The notes below the pieces were generated by a model. The model did no database searches. It was not told the origin of the DNA and worked only from the letters and a program-made list of their open reading frames with translations. DNA of 64,000 bases from Alicyclobacillus sp. (GTDB lineage: Bacteria > Bacillota > Bacilli > Alicyclobacillales > Alicyclobacillaceae). The stretch is from positions 7,352 through 71,351 of the forward strand of contig NZ_JAIMAV010000002.1 of the NCBI RefSeq assembly GCF_023511815.1, in the 5' to 3' direction. Below, in pieces: positions 9,210-18,601 of the stretch; the first letter of the stretch is position 1, and each line of letters starts with the position of its first letter. Made by a program: the position numbers and the translations under genes.

Positions 9210-9254
9210 CCCGCTCGTCTCCTCCCGCTCTCTCGAAGTCCCCGGGCACCGATG

Positions 9255-9734
9255 TCACGCGTGATCCGGCATCGCGGGAGAGAACGCCGACCGAAAGGCC
9301 TCGCTCGCGTGCTCCCACAGATCCGGACGCAGCGAATGAAGAAAGGACGCCACGTGCCGCACGACCGCGTCCGGGACGCCGGCGAGATCGACCTGGCCCT
9401 TGACGGCCTTCTCCATCTTGTTGACCTGCTCCGCCAGCGACTTGTACCCGACGCCGGCGGCCTCATCCACCCACAGGCAGAAGGGCATGGCCCCGTTGTA
9501 CCCCTGCCCCTCCGGATTCCGGCGAAGGGTGATCCAGAACACCCAGACCTCGCGCGGATTGGGCACCTCCTCCCGCGTCTTGACGAACCGCAACCCGCGC
9601 TCCAGGTTGCTCTTGGCGTGAATGGCCCCATTGTCGATGAACACGCGGTCTCCGTCGACAAACACCGCCGACAGACCGCGCAGGGCATCGTCCGAGCTGT
9701 GCTTCGACTGACCGGTGAGATTCAGTTTTTCCAA
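9255..9734 (-). CDS. Hypothetical cytoplasmic protein
   Basis: TTG at 9734 preceded by GGGGAGG. Own promoter candidate at 9793-9821. No family recognised. Confidence 0.55.
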   Translation of the reverse strand: MEKLNLTGQSKHSSDDALRGLSAVFVDGDRVFIDNGAIHAKSNLERGLRFVKTREEVPNPREVWVFWITLRRNPEGQGYNGAMPFCLWVDEAAGVGYKSLAEQVNKMEKAVKGQVDLAGVPDAVVRHVASFLHSLRPDLWEHASEAFRSAFSPAMPDHA

Positions 9735-9792
9735 GTCAAGACCTCCCCTCGGCCGTCCGGGCAATAGACCTTTGACGCGGCACATCTTCATT

Positions 9793-9821
9793 ATTGTAGC
9801 TTGATGCCCTGGGGATGTCAC
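9793..9821 (-). promoter_or_regulatory. SigA-type promoter candidate (-35 GTGACA, 17 bp, -10 TACAAT)
   Basis: Minus strand reads GTGACAtccccagggcatcaagcTACAAT inside an AT-rich island upstream of the 9255-9734 gene. Confidence 0.45.
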
Positions 9822-9910
9822 ACCTTTTCGGCGGGGTCCCGCGCGCATGAGTTGATGGGAAGTGGGGATGGTACAGGACAGACAGACATGCACAGGGTAG
9901 GGGGAAGCCG

Positions 9911-10534
9911 ATGAAAAAAACCATCCTGGGCGGCCTGGCTGCACTGGTGTGTTTGGGGATGACCGCTCTCAACGCGCCGCCGGCAAGGGCGGAACAGACC
10001 ATCTACAACACCCCGCTGCCGTCCACCATCCGCGTTGCCATCCGGGCGGAGAACCCAAGCGGCGAATCCGACCCGCGCGGGCGGATCCTGTGGGTGCAGA
10101 CGGTGCCGTTCGACGAGTACTGCGAAGATGTGTTGCCCAACGAATGGGTGCCCTCGTGGCACATCGAGGCGTTGAAAGCCGGTGCGATGGCCGTCAAGAT
10201 GTTCGCGTGGTACCACCACCTGCACCCGGTGACCATCGACGGATTCACGTTTGACGTAGACAACACGGTCAACTTCCAGACGTTCCGTTACTGGTCCCGA
10301 CAGCCGGAGACCAACGCCGCGGTGCGGGCCGTGCACAACGCCGTCTATGTGAAACCCAACGGCGAGATCATCGAGCTGAACTACCGAGCCGGTTACCGCA
10401 ACAGCCCCAACTGGCAATACCGGAATGCGCAGAAGATGGCGCAATGGGGCAGCGAGTACTGGGCCGAGCGGGGGCGCAACTGGGTGCAGATCCTGCAGTT
10501 TTACTATATGGACCGCACCCTGCGCTGGATTTGA
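9911..10534 (+). CDS. Secreted SpoIID/LytB domain protein
   Basis: Signal peptide ending in APPARA. FDEYCEDVLPNEWVPSWHIEALKAGAMAVKMFAWYH matches the SpoIID-domain pattern (EEYL..V...E......EALKAQAVAART). Confidence 0.75.
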   Translation: MKKTILGGLAALVCLGMTALNAPPARAEQTIYNTPLPSTIRVAIRAENPSGESDPRGRILWVQTVPFDEYCEDVLPNEWVPSWHIEALKAGAMAVKMFAWYHHLHPVTIDGFTFDVDNTVNFQTFRYWSRQPETNAAVRAVHNAVYVKPNGEIIELNYRAGYRNSPNWQYRNAQKMAQWGSEYWAERGRNWVQILQFYYMDRTLRWI

Positions 10535-10571
10535 TGAGGCCCGACGAAATGGTTGAAGGAGGGAATCCGCT

Positions 10572-11351
10572 ATGACGCACCCATCGCGATGGGGCCACGT
10601 CCTGCTGGTGGCGGCCTGCGCAACCACGTGGACCGTCTTTCCGGGCCCGGCCCGCGCCGAGGGGCATCCCGCGTCCCCGGGGATGAGTCACGTCACGCCC
10701 GCAGTCACGCCCGCGGCAGGGAATCGAACGCCCACCCATCCGGCGCCCGTGTCACCGAAACGGCCGAATCCCGCAAACCCGGCGGCGCCGTCGCAACCCG
10801 TGCCGCCCACCGCGCCGTCTCCGTCCGAGGATGTCCCGGGGCCGGAGGCCCAGCGGCCATCGATGCCCGCGCCGCTGCCACCGCCGACGCCCGGATTGAC
10901 CCAGCCGCAGTTCAGTCCGTACGTTCCCTGGCCGACGTCGAAGCTGCGGGTCCGCGTCATTGACGGTCGCACGCAGCAACCCATCGAGGGGGCGGAGGTG
11001 GTGCTGATTGAGACCGAACAGCGGGCCACCACCGGCCCCGACGGGTACACCCAGTGGATGGACGCGCCCATCATCCGCAACCCGCGCTACCGGCCGATGG
11101 TCGCGGAGCTGCACGGACAGCTCGGGGTCATCGCGTACAAGAACGGATACCGGGATTCCATTCACCTCGGCATCCGCATGCACGAAGGCCTGCCGAGCGA
11201 GACGACGGTCTGGATGTACAAGCTGGGACCGGGGGACACCCGGATTGAGCCCGTGCTCTACCAGGTGCCGTATCATCACGTGTGGCTGGTCGAGCTGGCC
11301 GACAAATTCCGCAGCAAGACGCAACCCGGAGAAGGGCCGGAGCGTCCGTGA
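10572..11351 (+). CDS. Secreted proline-rich protein with C-terminal carboxypeptidase-regulatory-like domain
   Basis: Signal peptide, about 100 aa of Pro-rich linker, then VRVIDGRTQQPIEGAEVVLIETEQRATTGPDGY (CarboxypepD_reg-like). Confidence 0.6.
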   Translation: MTHPSRWGHVLLVAACATTWTVFPGPARAEGHPASPGMSHVTPAVTPAAGNRTPTHPAPVSPKRPNPANPAAPSQPVPPTAPSPSEDVPGPEAQRPSMPAPLPPPTPGLTQPQFSPYVPWPTSKLRVRVIDGRTQQPIEGAEVVLIETEQRATTGPDGYTQWMDAPIIRNPRYRPMVAELHGQLGVIAYKNGYRDSIHLGIRMHEGLPSETTVWMYKLGPGDTRIEPVLYQVPYHHVWLVELADKFRSKTQPGEGPERP

Positions 11352-11419
11352 CGCACCGGCCCCAGGGGGCGTCCCCGTCCAAGGATGAACCACGGCCGGA
11401 ACCGCTGCCGGAGGATCCG

Positions 11420-12583
11420 CTACAGCACCGAAGCAATCCGCCGGGCGGCTTCGCGAAGCCGATCCACCCCATCCAACAGCCCGATGCGGACATATCCCTC
11501 TCCGTGCCCTCCGAAGCCGATGCCCGGGGCGACCATGACGTTCGCCCGCTCCAGCAGGTGATCCGCGAACGACGCGGAGGTGAAGCCCTGCGGCACCGGC
11601 ATCCACACGAAAAACGATCCCTTCGGCGCGGGGACGTTCACTCCGCGCTCGGCCAGCTCACCGAGAAAAGCATCTCGGCGCGCCTGGTAGGTCGCCACAA
11701 GCTCCCGCACGCAATCCTGGGGGCCGGTGAGCGCCGCGACGCCGGCCAACTGCACCGCGGGAAACACCGAAACATAGTAGTGGTCCTGCATCAGGTTGAT
11801 GGCGGCGATCACGTCGGGATGGCCCACCGCGAAGGCCAAACGCCATCCCGCCATGTTGTACGTCTTGCTCATGGTGTAAATCTCGATGCCGGTTTCCTTC
11901 GCGCCGGGGGTCATCAGGAACGAGGGCGGCCGGAAGCCATCGTACCCGATGGCGCCGTAGGCGAAATCGTGAACCAGGATCACCCCGCGCGCCGACGCGA
12001 TCGACACGGCCTCCTCAAAGCAGGCGAGATCCACGGCGGCCCCGGTCGGGTTGTTGGGATAGTTCAAAAACCACAGTTTCGCCCGCTGCCACTGCGCCTC
12101 CGTCACGCCGGAGAGGTCCGGGCGGTACGCGTTCTCGGCGACAATGGGATACGGGACCATCTCCCCGCCCGCCAGCGCGATGCCGGAGAGGTAATCCGGA
12201 TAGCCGGGGTCGGGGACGAGGGCGACATCGCCGGGATTGAGGTAAATTTCACTCAGTTCGACGAGGCCGGTTTTGCCCCCGAAGAGGATGGCGACCTCGC
12301 GTTCGGGATCGAGCTTGACCCCGTACTCGCGATCGTAGAACTCGGCCACCGCGCGTTTGAGCGTCGGCAGACCGGTGAACGGCGAGTACCGGTGGGTCTT
12401 GGGATCGAGGGCGGCTTGACGCAGCGCCTCGACGATGTGCGTCGGCGTGGGCAGATCCGGGTTGCCCTGGCCGAGGTTGATCACGTCGTGACCCGCCCGG
12501 ATCCGCTCGTTCACCCGCGCCACCAGATTGGCGAAAAACTGTTTCGGCAGGCGATCCATTCGTTCCGCCATCGTTGCCTGCAT
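11420..12583 (-). CDS. Class I/II pyridoxal-phosphate aminotransferase
   Basis: NLGQGNPDLPTP, NYPNNPTG and YTMSKTYNMAGWRLAF (PLP-lysine region) motifs. ATG at 12583 with AGGAGGGGG RBS. Confidence 0.9.
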   Translation of the reverse strand: MQATMAERMDRLPKQFFANLVARVNERIRAGHDVINLGQGNPDLPTPTHIVEALRQAALDPKTHRYSPFTGLPTLKRAVAEFYDREYGVKLDPEREVAILFGGKTGLVELSEIYLNPGDVALVPDPGYPDYLSGIALAGGEMVPYPIVAENAYRPDLSGVTEAQWQRAKLWFLNYPNNPTGAAVDLACFEEAVSIASARGVILVHDFAYGAIGYDGFRPPSFLMTPGAKETGIEIYTMSKTYNMAGWRLAFAVGHPDVIAAINLMQDHYYVSVFPAVQLAGVAALTGPQDCVRELVATYQARRDAFLGELAERGVNVPAPKGSFFVWMPVPQGFTSASFADHLLERANVMVAPGIGFGGHGEGYVRIGLLDGVDRLREAARRIASVL

Positions 12584-12726
12584 CCGATCATCCCCCTCCT
12601 GTGGCTCGGGTCCCATTCTCTCACGCCGCAGAGGGACATGCAATCCGGCCGAAGGGGGCGCGGCGATGGGCGTCACCCAATTCGTGAAGCCGCCCGCTGC
12701 GGGCGGCTTCGCGGATCCGCACCCGG

Positions 12727-12987
12727 TCAGGCGTCCTCGTTGCAGATGAGCCACGACGCCCCCGTGTCGTCCCCCGCGTACGCGTGGAACCGCGCGGCGG
12801 CGGTCGGCCAGGCGGCGAGCGCCGCCATCGCCTCCTCCTTCGATCCGTACACCGGTGCGAACGTGTATCCGGCGGGATGCCTTGCACAGTTTTCAATCAC
12901 AATTTGCCACTGGCCCTCGCCGATCTGATGAACGGCAAACGGAAGCCCGTCAATCTCGCGGACGGGCACACCGCGGAGATTCAGCAT
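12727..12987 (-). CDS. Small hypothetical protein
   Basis: ATG at 12987 preceded by GGGAGGGATGGGAG. Balanced composition. No family recognised. Confidence 0.4.
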   Translation of the reverse strand: MLNLRGVPVREIDGLPFAVHQIGEGQWQIVIENCARHPAGYTFAPVYGSKEEAMAALAAWPTAAARFHAYAGDDTGASWLICNEDA

Positions 12988-13069
12988 CTCCCATCCCTCC
13001 CGAAAAGTCCTGGGATCAGCGTGCCCATTCCCGGATTCGACATGCGGAATCGCCGGTCCTCCGGCCCCG

Positions 13070-14248
13070 TCAGTCAAACCGCAACTTCCGCCGCCGCAGC
13101 GACACGCTCAGCGCCAGGCCCACCATGGCGTAGTTGGCCACCACCGAGCTGCCGCCGTAACTGATGAACGGCAGTGTGATGCCGGTCGAGGGGCTGAGGT
13201 ACATATCCATGCCGATGTTCTCGAAAACCTGGAAGGCGAACATCCCAACCATGCCGATGACCAGGTAGGTGCCGAACGTATCCTGCGAGGTGCGAGCGAT
13301 GTGCACCATCCGGTGCAGAAACACGAGGAACAAAAAGATGAGCAGGCTCGATCCGACGAACCCAAACTCCTCCGCGATGGCGGTGAAGATGTAGTCATTC
13401 CACTGGTTGGGGACCCACCCGCCCTGGGTTTCGATGCCATTGAACAGCCCCTCGCCGAAGATCTGGCCGGACCCCACGGCGATCTGCGCCTGCCGAACGT
13501 TGTAGCCCGCGTTGAGCGGATCGTACTCCGGGTCGAGCCAGGTCACGATTCGATCGGCTTGAAACGGCTTGAGCAGGCGGTGTTTCACCAACACGCCGTT
13601 GACGAATTTCTGCGCCTCATCCGGAAACTGCGTGGCCACCACCACCAGCCCCGCCACGATAATGGTGATCACCGCCACAATCAGCACAAAATGAGACCGC
13701 CGGGCGAAGACGGTGTACATGGTCCCGGCGATGGCGAACATCACCAGGGCCTGTCCAAGCGCCGGTTCTTTGAGCGTCAGCACGAACGGCACCGCAAACA
13801 GGGCGAACACCTGCCAACTGTTGCGCAGTCCATAATTCGGAAACTCCTGTTCGTCGACATTGGCCATGTGCGCCGCAATCGCGATGATCATCGTCAGCTT
13901 CGCGAACTCGGACGGCTGCAGACTGATGGGGCCAAAGTCGAGCCACGCGTGCGCACCCATGATGGCCGGGCGAAAGAAGACCGCCACCAACAGGAGGATG
14001 GAGATGCCGTACAACCACCACCGCCATTTTCTCAACGAGCGGTAGTCGTACACAACGAACAACCACATCACGGCGAAGCCGACGGTATGCCACAGGATCT
14101 GCTTGGCCACCGGATGGCTCGGCATGGTCGAGGAGGTCTTGCCGTAGGTGGCGGCCAGGACCGCAAGACATCCGAACACACCGAGCGCCAGCAGGGACCC
14201 GATGAGGGTGAGGTCCAGTTCTTTAAAATTCCGCTTCAGGATATCCAC
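13070..14248 (-). CDS. SEDS family peptidoglycan polymerase (FtsW/RodA/SpoVE), RodA-like
   Basis: About 10 TM segments. LQPSEFAKL, QAQIAVGSGQIFGEG, NDYIFTAIAEEFGFVG and LPFISYGGSS motifs. GTG at 14248 after GGGAGGAAG. Confidence 0.9.
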   Translation of the reverse strand: MDILKRNFKELDLTLIGSLLALGVFGCLAVLAATYGKTSSTMPSHPVAKQILWHTVGFAVMWLFVVYDYRSLRKWRWWLYGISILLLVAVFFRPAIMGAHAWLDFGPISLQPSEFAKLTMIIAIAAHMANVDEQEFPNYGLRNSWQVFALFAVPFVLTLKEPALGQALVMFAIAGTMYTVFARRSHFVLIVAVITIIVAGLVVVATQFPDEAQKFVNGVLVKHRLLKPFQADRIVTWLDPEYDPLNAGYNVRQAQIAVGSGQIFGEGLFNGIETQGGWVPNQWNDYIFTAIAEEFGFVGSSLLIFLFLVFLHRMVHIARTSQDTFGTYLVIGMVGMFAFQVFENIGMDMYLSPSTGITLPFISYGGSSVVANYAMVGLALSVSLRRRKLRFD

Positions 14249-15087
14249 TGCTTCCTCCCATTCTCCGTCCGGCTGAGGGCGGCCAACCAACGCCTGCGCG
14301 CGGCCACCCCCTGTCCCGGGTCGTCCGTGATGATCCCGTCGATCCCCCGTTCGAACCACCGCTCCATCTCGCGAGCGTCGTTGACCGTCCACACCTGAAC
14401 GGGAATCCCCGCTCGGCGGGCGCGCCTCAACCACCGCCCTGTCAGAGTCGGCACCCCCTTCATCCGGTGCGGCACCTGCAGCCACCGAAACGAGGGGCGC
14501 TTCACGTCAAGGCCCGCCTGCAACCGGATCATCGCCGAGAGCGCCTCGCAGGACGACGCGCCCGTGGCGATGCCGGGATGCATGATTCGCAACCGCTCCA
14601 GGACGGTTTGATGAAAGGACGCCGCGAGGACACGGTGCTCGGCGCCGCACGCCACCACCTCGCGGACAAACTGCGCCAGAGATGGCGGATGTTTGGGTTT
14701 GATCTCAAGCGTGAAACGCGCCTCCGGGAAGCGCGTCAACAATTCTCTCAACGTGAGGATGCGGATGCCCCGGCCCCGGTACGGGAAGGTTCGCCCGTCG
14801 GGCGTGAACCGGTGGCCGAAATCCAGCCTGGAGAGCTCCCGCCAAGTCATGTCCTGCACCCGGCCGTGCCCGTCGCTGACGCGATCCACCACCTCATCGT
14901 GCAGGACGACGAGCGTCCCGTCGCGCGCCCACCGCACATCCGCCTCCAGGGCGTCCGCGCCGCGTGACAGCGCCGACTCAAACGACACCAGCGTGTTCTC
15001 CGGCGCGTGCACGGGATCGCCGCGGTGGCCAATGACCAGCGGCCGGGTGAGGGCCGCAAACGGATCCTGGGTCGCCCTGTGTCGCAC
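14236..15087 (-). CDS. Glycerophosphodiester phosphodiesterase
   Basis: VIGHRGDPVHAPENT, LEADVRWARDGTLVVLHD and ITDDP motifs. Start is GTG 15087 or TTG 15093. The 3' end overlaps the SEDS gene start by 13 nt. Confidence 0.85.
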   Translation of the reverse strand: MRHRATQDPFAALTRPLVIGHRGDPVHAPENTLVSFESALSRGADALEADVRWARDGTLVVLHDEVVDRVSDGHGRVQDMTWRELSRLDFGHRFTPDGRTFPYRGRGIRILTLRELLTRFPEARFTLEIKPKHPPSLAQFVREVVACGAEHRVLAASFHQTVLERLRIMHPGIATGASSCEALSAMIRLQAGLDVKRPSFRWLQVPHRMKGVPTLTGRWLRRARRAGIPVQVWTVNDAREMERWFERGIDGIITDDPGQGVAARRRWLAALSRTENGRKQWIS

Positions 15088-15252
15088 CGCCAACCCCCCT
15101 CGGCCGATCTACCCCATTATATCGCCGGACACCGCGGCGGTGCACTGGACATTCTGGGCACTCGCCCGGCCGCACCCGCCCATCGGCCCATACAGTGAAG
15201 CGATCACCCCGGGGCGCCCCAAACCGCCGGCCCCCTGACGAGGAGGTACCCC

Positions 15253-15510
15253 ATGTCCGACCTGACCCATCGCGTGCAACGCTACCTTGGCCGCTGTGTG
15301 CAGTGCCACACCCACTACGGGACATTCTACGGCGTGATGGTGCACTGCACCCCGCACCACGTGATTCTGGCCCCGATTCCGTATTTCCATCTCCGCGGTC
15401 CGACCGGACCCATGGGAGGCGGCCCGCCCTGGGGCGGCGGGGGGTGGAACCTGGCCATCCCGCTGGCTGCCATCCTCGGCATCACCGCCATCGGGATCCA
15501 CTGGTGGTGA
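15253..15510 (+). CDS. Small Cys/His-rich protein with Gly/Trp-rich C-terminal membrane anchor
   Basis: ATG preceded by GAGGAGG. N-terminal CVQCHTHYGTFYGVMVHCTPHH, C-terminal LAIPLAAILGITAIGIHWW. Confidence 0.5.
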   Translation: MSDLTHRVQRYLGRCVQCHTHYGTFYGVMVHCTPHHVILAPIPYFHLRGPTGPMGGGPPWGGGGWNLAIPLAAILGITAIGIHWW

Positions 15511-15624
15511 GCCATCCGCGGCCGCGGCCCGAAGACCTTGCACAAACCGTCGAATCCTGCAGGGAACCGGACGCTTCGCGTCGAACAAACCCTGCTGGTG
15601 ACTTCCGACGGGAAGGTGACGTGC

Positions 15625-17100
15625 ATGCAGGCCAAGCCGCACTCGATGGATTACCCGCTGTTCTTCGCCGTGTTGATCCTGGTCGCCGCCGGGGTCCTGA
15701 CGGTGTTCTCGGCCAGCGCCGCCACGGCGCTGCACGACGGCCTGCCCGCTTCGTACTACGCCGTCCGCCAGCTCGTCGCATCCGTCATCGGCGTGGGGGT
15801 GCTGGCGGCGGTCGTGCGGGTGCCGTACCGCTTCTGGTATCGGCGCGCCCCTGTGCTCGTCCTGATCGGGTACGGGCTGCTGCTGCTGGTGTTCGTCCCG
15901 CACATCGGGATGAATGAAGGCGGCGGTTGGCGTTGGATCGGCCGCGGCTCTCTGCACCTGCAGCCGTCCGAGCTGGCGATCATCTTCAACCTGATCTATC
16001 TCTCGTTTTTCTTCACAAAAAAAGCGATGTTCGCCGGCGACTTCAAGAAAGGCTATTTGCCGGCGATGATCGTCACCGGCATGACGTGCGCGCTCATCCT
16101 CGTCGAGCCGGACATGGGCACGTCGATGACGCTCGCCTTCAGCGCCATCGTGATCCTGTTCGCCTCCGGGGTCGCGCTCAAACCTCTGTTCGCCGTCATC
16201 GGCACGCTCGGCGCCGCCGGGGTGCTGCTCGCCTTCGTGGAATCGTACCGCTCCGCGCGCGTGGAGGGATGGCTGCACCCGTTCCAATACGCGGACAGCC
16301 TCGGGTTGCAGCTGGTGCAGGGCCTCACCGCGCTGTCGGCCGGCGGCTGGTTCGGCCGCGGCTTCGACATGAGCATGGAGAAGCTGGGCTATCTGCCTGC
16401 GCCGTACACCGACTTCGTGTTTCCGGTGTTCGTCGAGGAGTGGGGCCTGGTCGGCGCCATCGCGATGCTGTGCACCTTCTGTTTTCTCATCTGGCGCGGC
16501 TTCGTCATCGCCCGGTATGCGCGGGATCGATTCGGGGCGCTGCTGGCGGTCGGCATCACCGGGATGATTGCCATCAAGACGTTCATCAATCTCGGGGCCG
16601 TGACCGGACTGCTGCCCGTCACCGGGATCCCGTTGCCGTTCATCAGTTACGGCGGCACCTCGCTGGTGATGAACCTGTTCGCCGTCGGATTGCTGCTCAG
16701 CGTCTCCCGGTATACATTGGAGACGGAACCGGAGTTCGATCCGATGGCGGAGGTCATCCCGGTGGATGCGGCGAGCTCCCGCAGGCCGGGCGTGCCGGAC
16801 GGCGGCGCGATGGACCACAACCTGTCGGACCGGCCTGTCCGCCGCCCCGCCGAGGTCCGGCCGCTGCGGCCCTCGGGCCGGACGACACCCCCTTCGTCCT
16901 CGGGCGCACCCGCCTGGCGCAGCCGGCGCGAGACGGCCGCCGCAAAGACCGCGCCGCGTCAGAGCGCCCGCGCCCCGGTCCCGCCGGAGCGGACGTGGGC
17001 CGCGCGGCGCGGGCAGAATTCCTCCGGGCCGAAGGGTGGCAAGCCCCCGGGGAAAGGCTCGGGCAAGAGACGATGGCGGGGATTCAGAAAGGAGCGCTGA
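15625..17100 (+). CDS. SEDS family protein (FtsW-like) with about 130-aa basic Pro/Arg-rich C-terminal tail
   Basis: LQPSELA, ALSAGGWFGRGF, TDFVFPVFVEEWGLVG and LPFISYGGTS motifs. ATG at 15625. Confidence 0.9.
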   Translation: MQAKPHSMDYPLFFAVLILVAAGVLTVFSASAATALHDGLPASYYAVRQLVASVIGVGVLAAVVRVPYRFWYRRAPVLVLIGYGLLLLVFVPHIGMNEGGGWRWIGRGSLHLQPSELAIIFNLIYLSFFFTKKAMFAGDFKKGYLPAMIVTGMTCALILVEPDMGTSMTLAFSAIVILFASGVALKPLFAVIGTLGAAGVLLAFVESYRSARVEGWLHPFQYADSLGLQLVQGLTALSAGGWFGRGFDMSMEKLGYLPAPYTDFVFPVFVEEWGLVGAIAMLCTFCFLIWRGFVIARYARDRFGALLAVGITGMIAIKTFINLGAVTGLLPVTGIPLPFISYGGTSLVMNLFAVGLLLSVSRYTLETEPEFDPMAEVIPVDAASSRRPGVPDGGAMDHNLSDRPVRRPAEVRPLRPSGRTTPPSSSGAPAWRSRRETAAAKTAPRQSARAPVPPERTWAARRGQNSSGPKGGKPPGKGSGKRRWRGFRKER

Positions 17101-17102
17101 CG

Positions 17103-18038
17103 ATGAAACCCATTGAGATGGGACACGACGTGTGGATGATTGACCTGATGGAACAGGACCGGCCGTGCCGTTCCGGCGCCTACGTGATCCTCGACGAACA
17201 ACCGACGGTGATTGAGACCGGCTCGGCCAGGTCCCACGCGCTCCTCATCGAGGGACTGAAGGAACTGGGGCTGGGTCCTGAGGACATCCGGTATGTCATC
17301 GTGACCCACGTGCATCTGGATCACGCGGGCGGCGCCGGCCACATGATGCAGGCGGCGAAACACGCCACCCTGGTGGTGCACCCGCGCGGCGCGCGGCACA
17401 TGGTGGACCCCTCACGGCTGTGGGAGGGCGCGCGCGCCGTCTACGGGGACAAGCTGGAGGCGTACTTCGGCAGCATCCTGCCGGTGCCCGAATCCCGCGT
17501 GCTGGTGCGCGAGCACGGGGAGACGCTGAACATCGGCCGTCGGACGCTCACGTTCTACGACTCCCCCGGACACGCCAAGCACCATTTCACCATTCTCGAT
17601 CCCGTCTCCGACGCCCTGTACGCGGGGGACGCCCTCGGCATTCGCTATCGCACCTGCTTCACCGGATGGGACTTCGAGTGGGTGCTCCCGTCCACGTCTC
17701 CGGTGGATTTCGATCCCGCGGCCGTCCACCGCACGGCCGAGATGCTGGCGCAGCTGCCGTTTCGCTGGGTGTATCACACGCACTTCGGGCGCTCCCCCAA
17801 GGAAGAGGCCATCCGGGATACGGTGCGCGGAGCCGACGCGTTCGCCGATCTCATCGGCCGCATCTTTCACCCCGGCATCCGGCCGGAGACGGTCATGGAC
17901 GCGCTCAGGGCCTGGATTCGGGACGACCTCATCCGGCAGGGCCACCGCCCCGGGGACGACATCGAGGTTCTCGACATCGACGTGGTGCTCGACGCCCTCG
18001 GCCTCATTCACTACGAGCAGCGCCGTCGCCAGGCGTGA
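17103..18038 (+). CDS. MBL-fold metallo-hydrolase
   Basis: VTHVHLDHAGG (HxHxDH) and downstream GH/H ligand residues. ATG lies 2 nt after the ftsW-like stop. Confidence 0.85.
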   Translation: MKPIEMGHDVWMIDLMEQDRPCRSGAYVILDEQPTVIETGSARSHALLIEGLKELGLGPEDIRYVIVTHVHLDHAGGAGHMMQAAKHATLVVHPRGARHMVDPSRLWEGARAVYGDKLEAYFGSILPVPESRVLVREHGETLNIGRRTLTFYDSPGHAKHHFTILDPVSDALYAGDALGIRYRTCFTGWDFEWVLPSTSPVDFDPAAVHRTAEMLAQLPFRWVYHTHFGRSPKEEAIRDTVRGADAFADLIGRIFHPGIRPETVMDALRAWIRDDLIRQGHRPGDDIEVLDIDVVLDALGLIHYEQRRRQA

Positions 18039-18600
18039 ACGGAAAGCGCATCCTCACGGGGTAGACGAGCCGTCCGCCCGCCCGCGTCGACTCGAACAGA
18101 CACAGGGCCTGGGGAACCCAGGACAGCCCGGCGATGGCCGGGCGGGTCATCGCCGCCGCCCGCGGCTCGAGGGCCGTCCAGGCCGTGACGTCCAATTGGC
18201 GGGCGAGCGTCAGGTGCGCACGGTACGGACGATCCTCCAGTTTGACCCAGGGACGCCCCGCCAGCGACTGCGAAAGCGTCCGGTGCAGGGTGGCGAGGGC
18301 GTCGAGGCCCTCGTCTTCCCGCACACCGGCCCACAGCACGCGATTGCGAAGGAAGGTTCCAATCCCCTCCAGCGTGAGGCGGGGCGGTGCCACCGAGGCG
18401 GCGGCCCTTTGACCCACGCGCTCCAGCTCCGGCAACACGCGGTCATCCACCTGGCCGAGGAACAGGCTCGTGATGTGGTACAGGTCGGGCGAAGACCAGT
18501 TCCCCGCCCGAACGCCCAGGGTCCTCAGGTCCCGGCACACCTCCGCCAGGCGGTCTCGAATCTCGTTTGCGACCTCGATCCCGAAAAACAGCCTCGGCAC
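18004..18600 (-). CDS. thpR: RNA 2',3'-cyclic phosphodiesterase (2H phosphoesterase, LigT/ThpR)
   Basis: Two HxT/S motifs (HITSLFLG, HLTLAR) at the typical spacing. Confidence 0.85.
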   Translation of the reverse strand: MPRLFFGIEVANEIRDRLAEVCRDLRTLGVRAGNWSSPDLYHITSLFLGQVDDRVLPELERVGQRAAASVAPPRLTLEGIGTFLRNRVLWAGVREDEGLDALATLHRTLSQSLAGRPWVKLEDRPYRAHLTLARQLDVTAWTALEPRAAAMTRPAIAGLSWVPQALCLFESTRAGGRLVYPVRMRFPFTPGDGAARSE

Positions 18601-18601
18601 G

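Noticed and set aside
18004-18038. 35-nt convergent overlap of the MBL hydrolase and thpR 3' ends (likewise 30338-30369 for AEC/pxpC) as a sign of mis-annotation or antisense regulation
   Set aside because: Both partners have complete domain motifs well inside their ORFs. Short 3'-3' overlaps are common when GC-rich DNA delays stop codons. There is no independent evidence of regulation.
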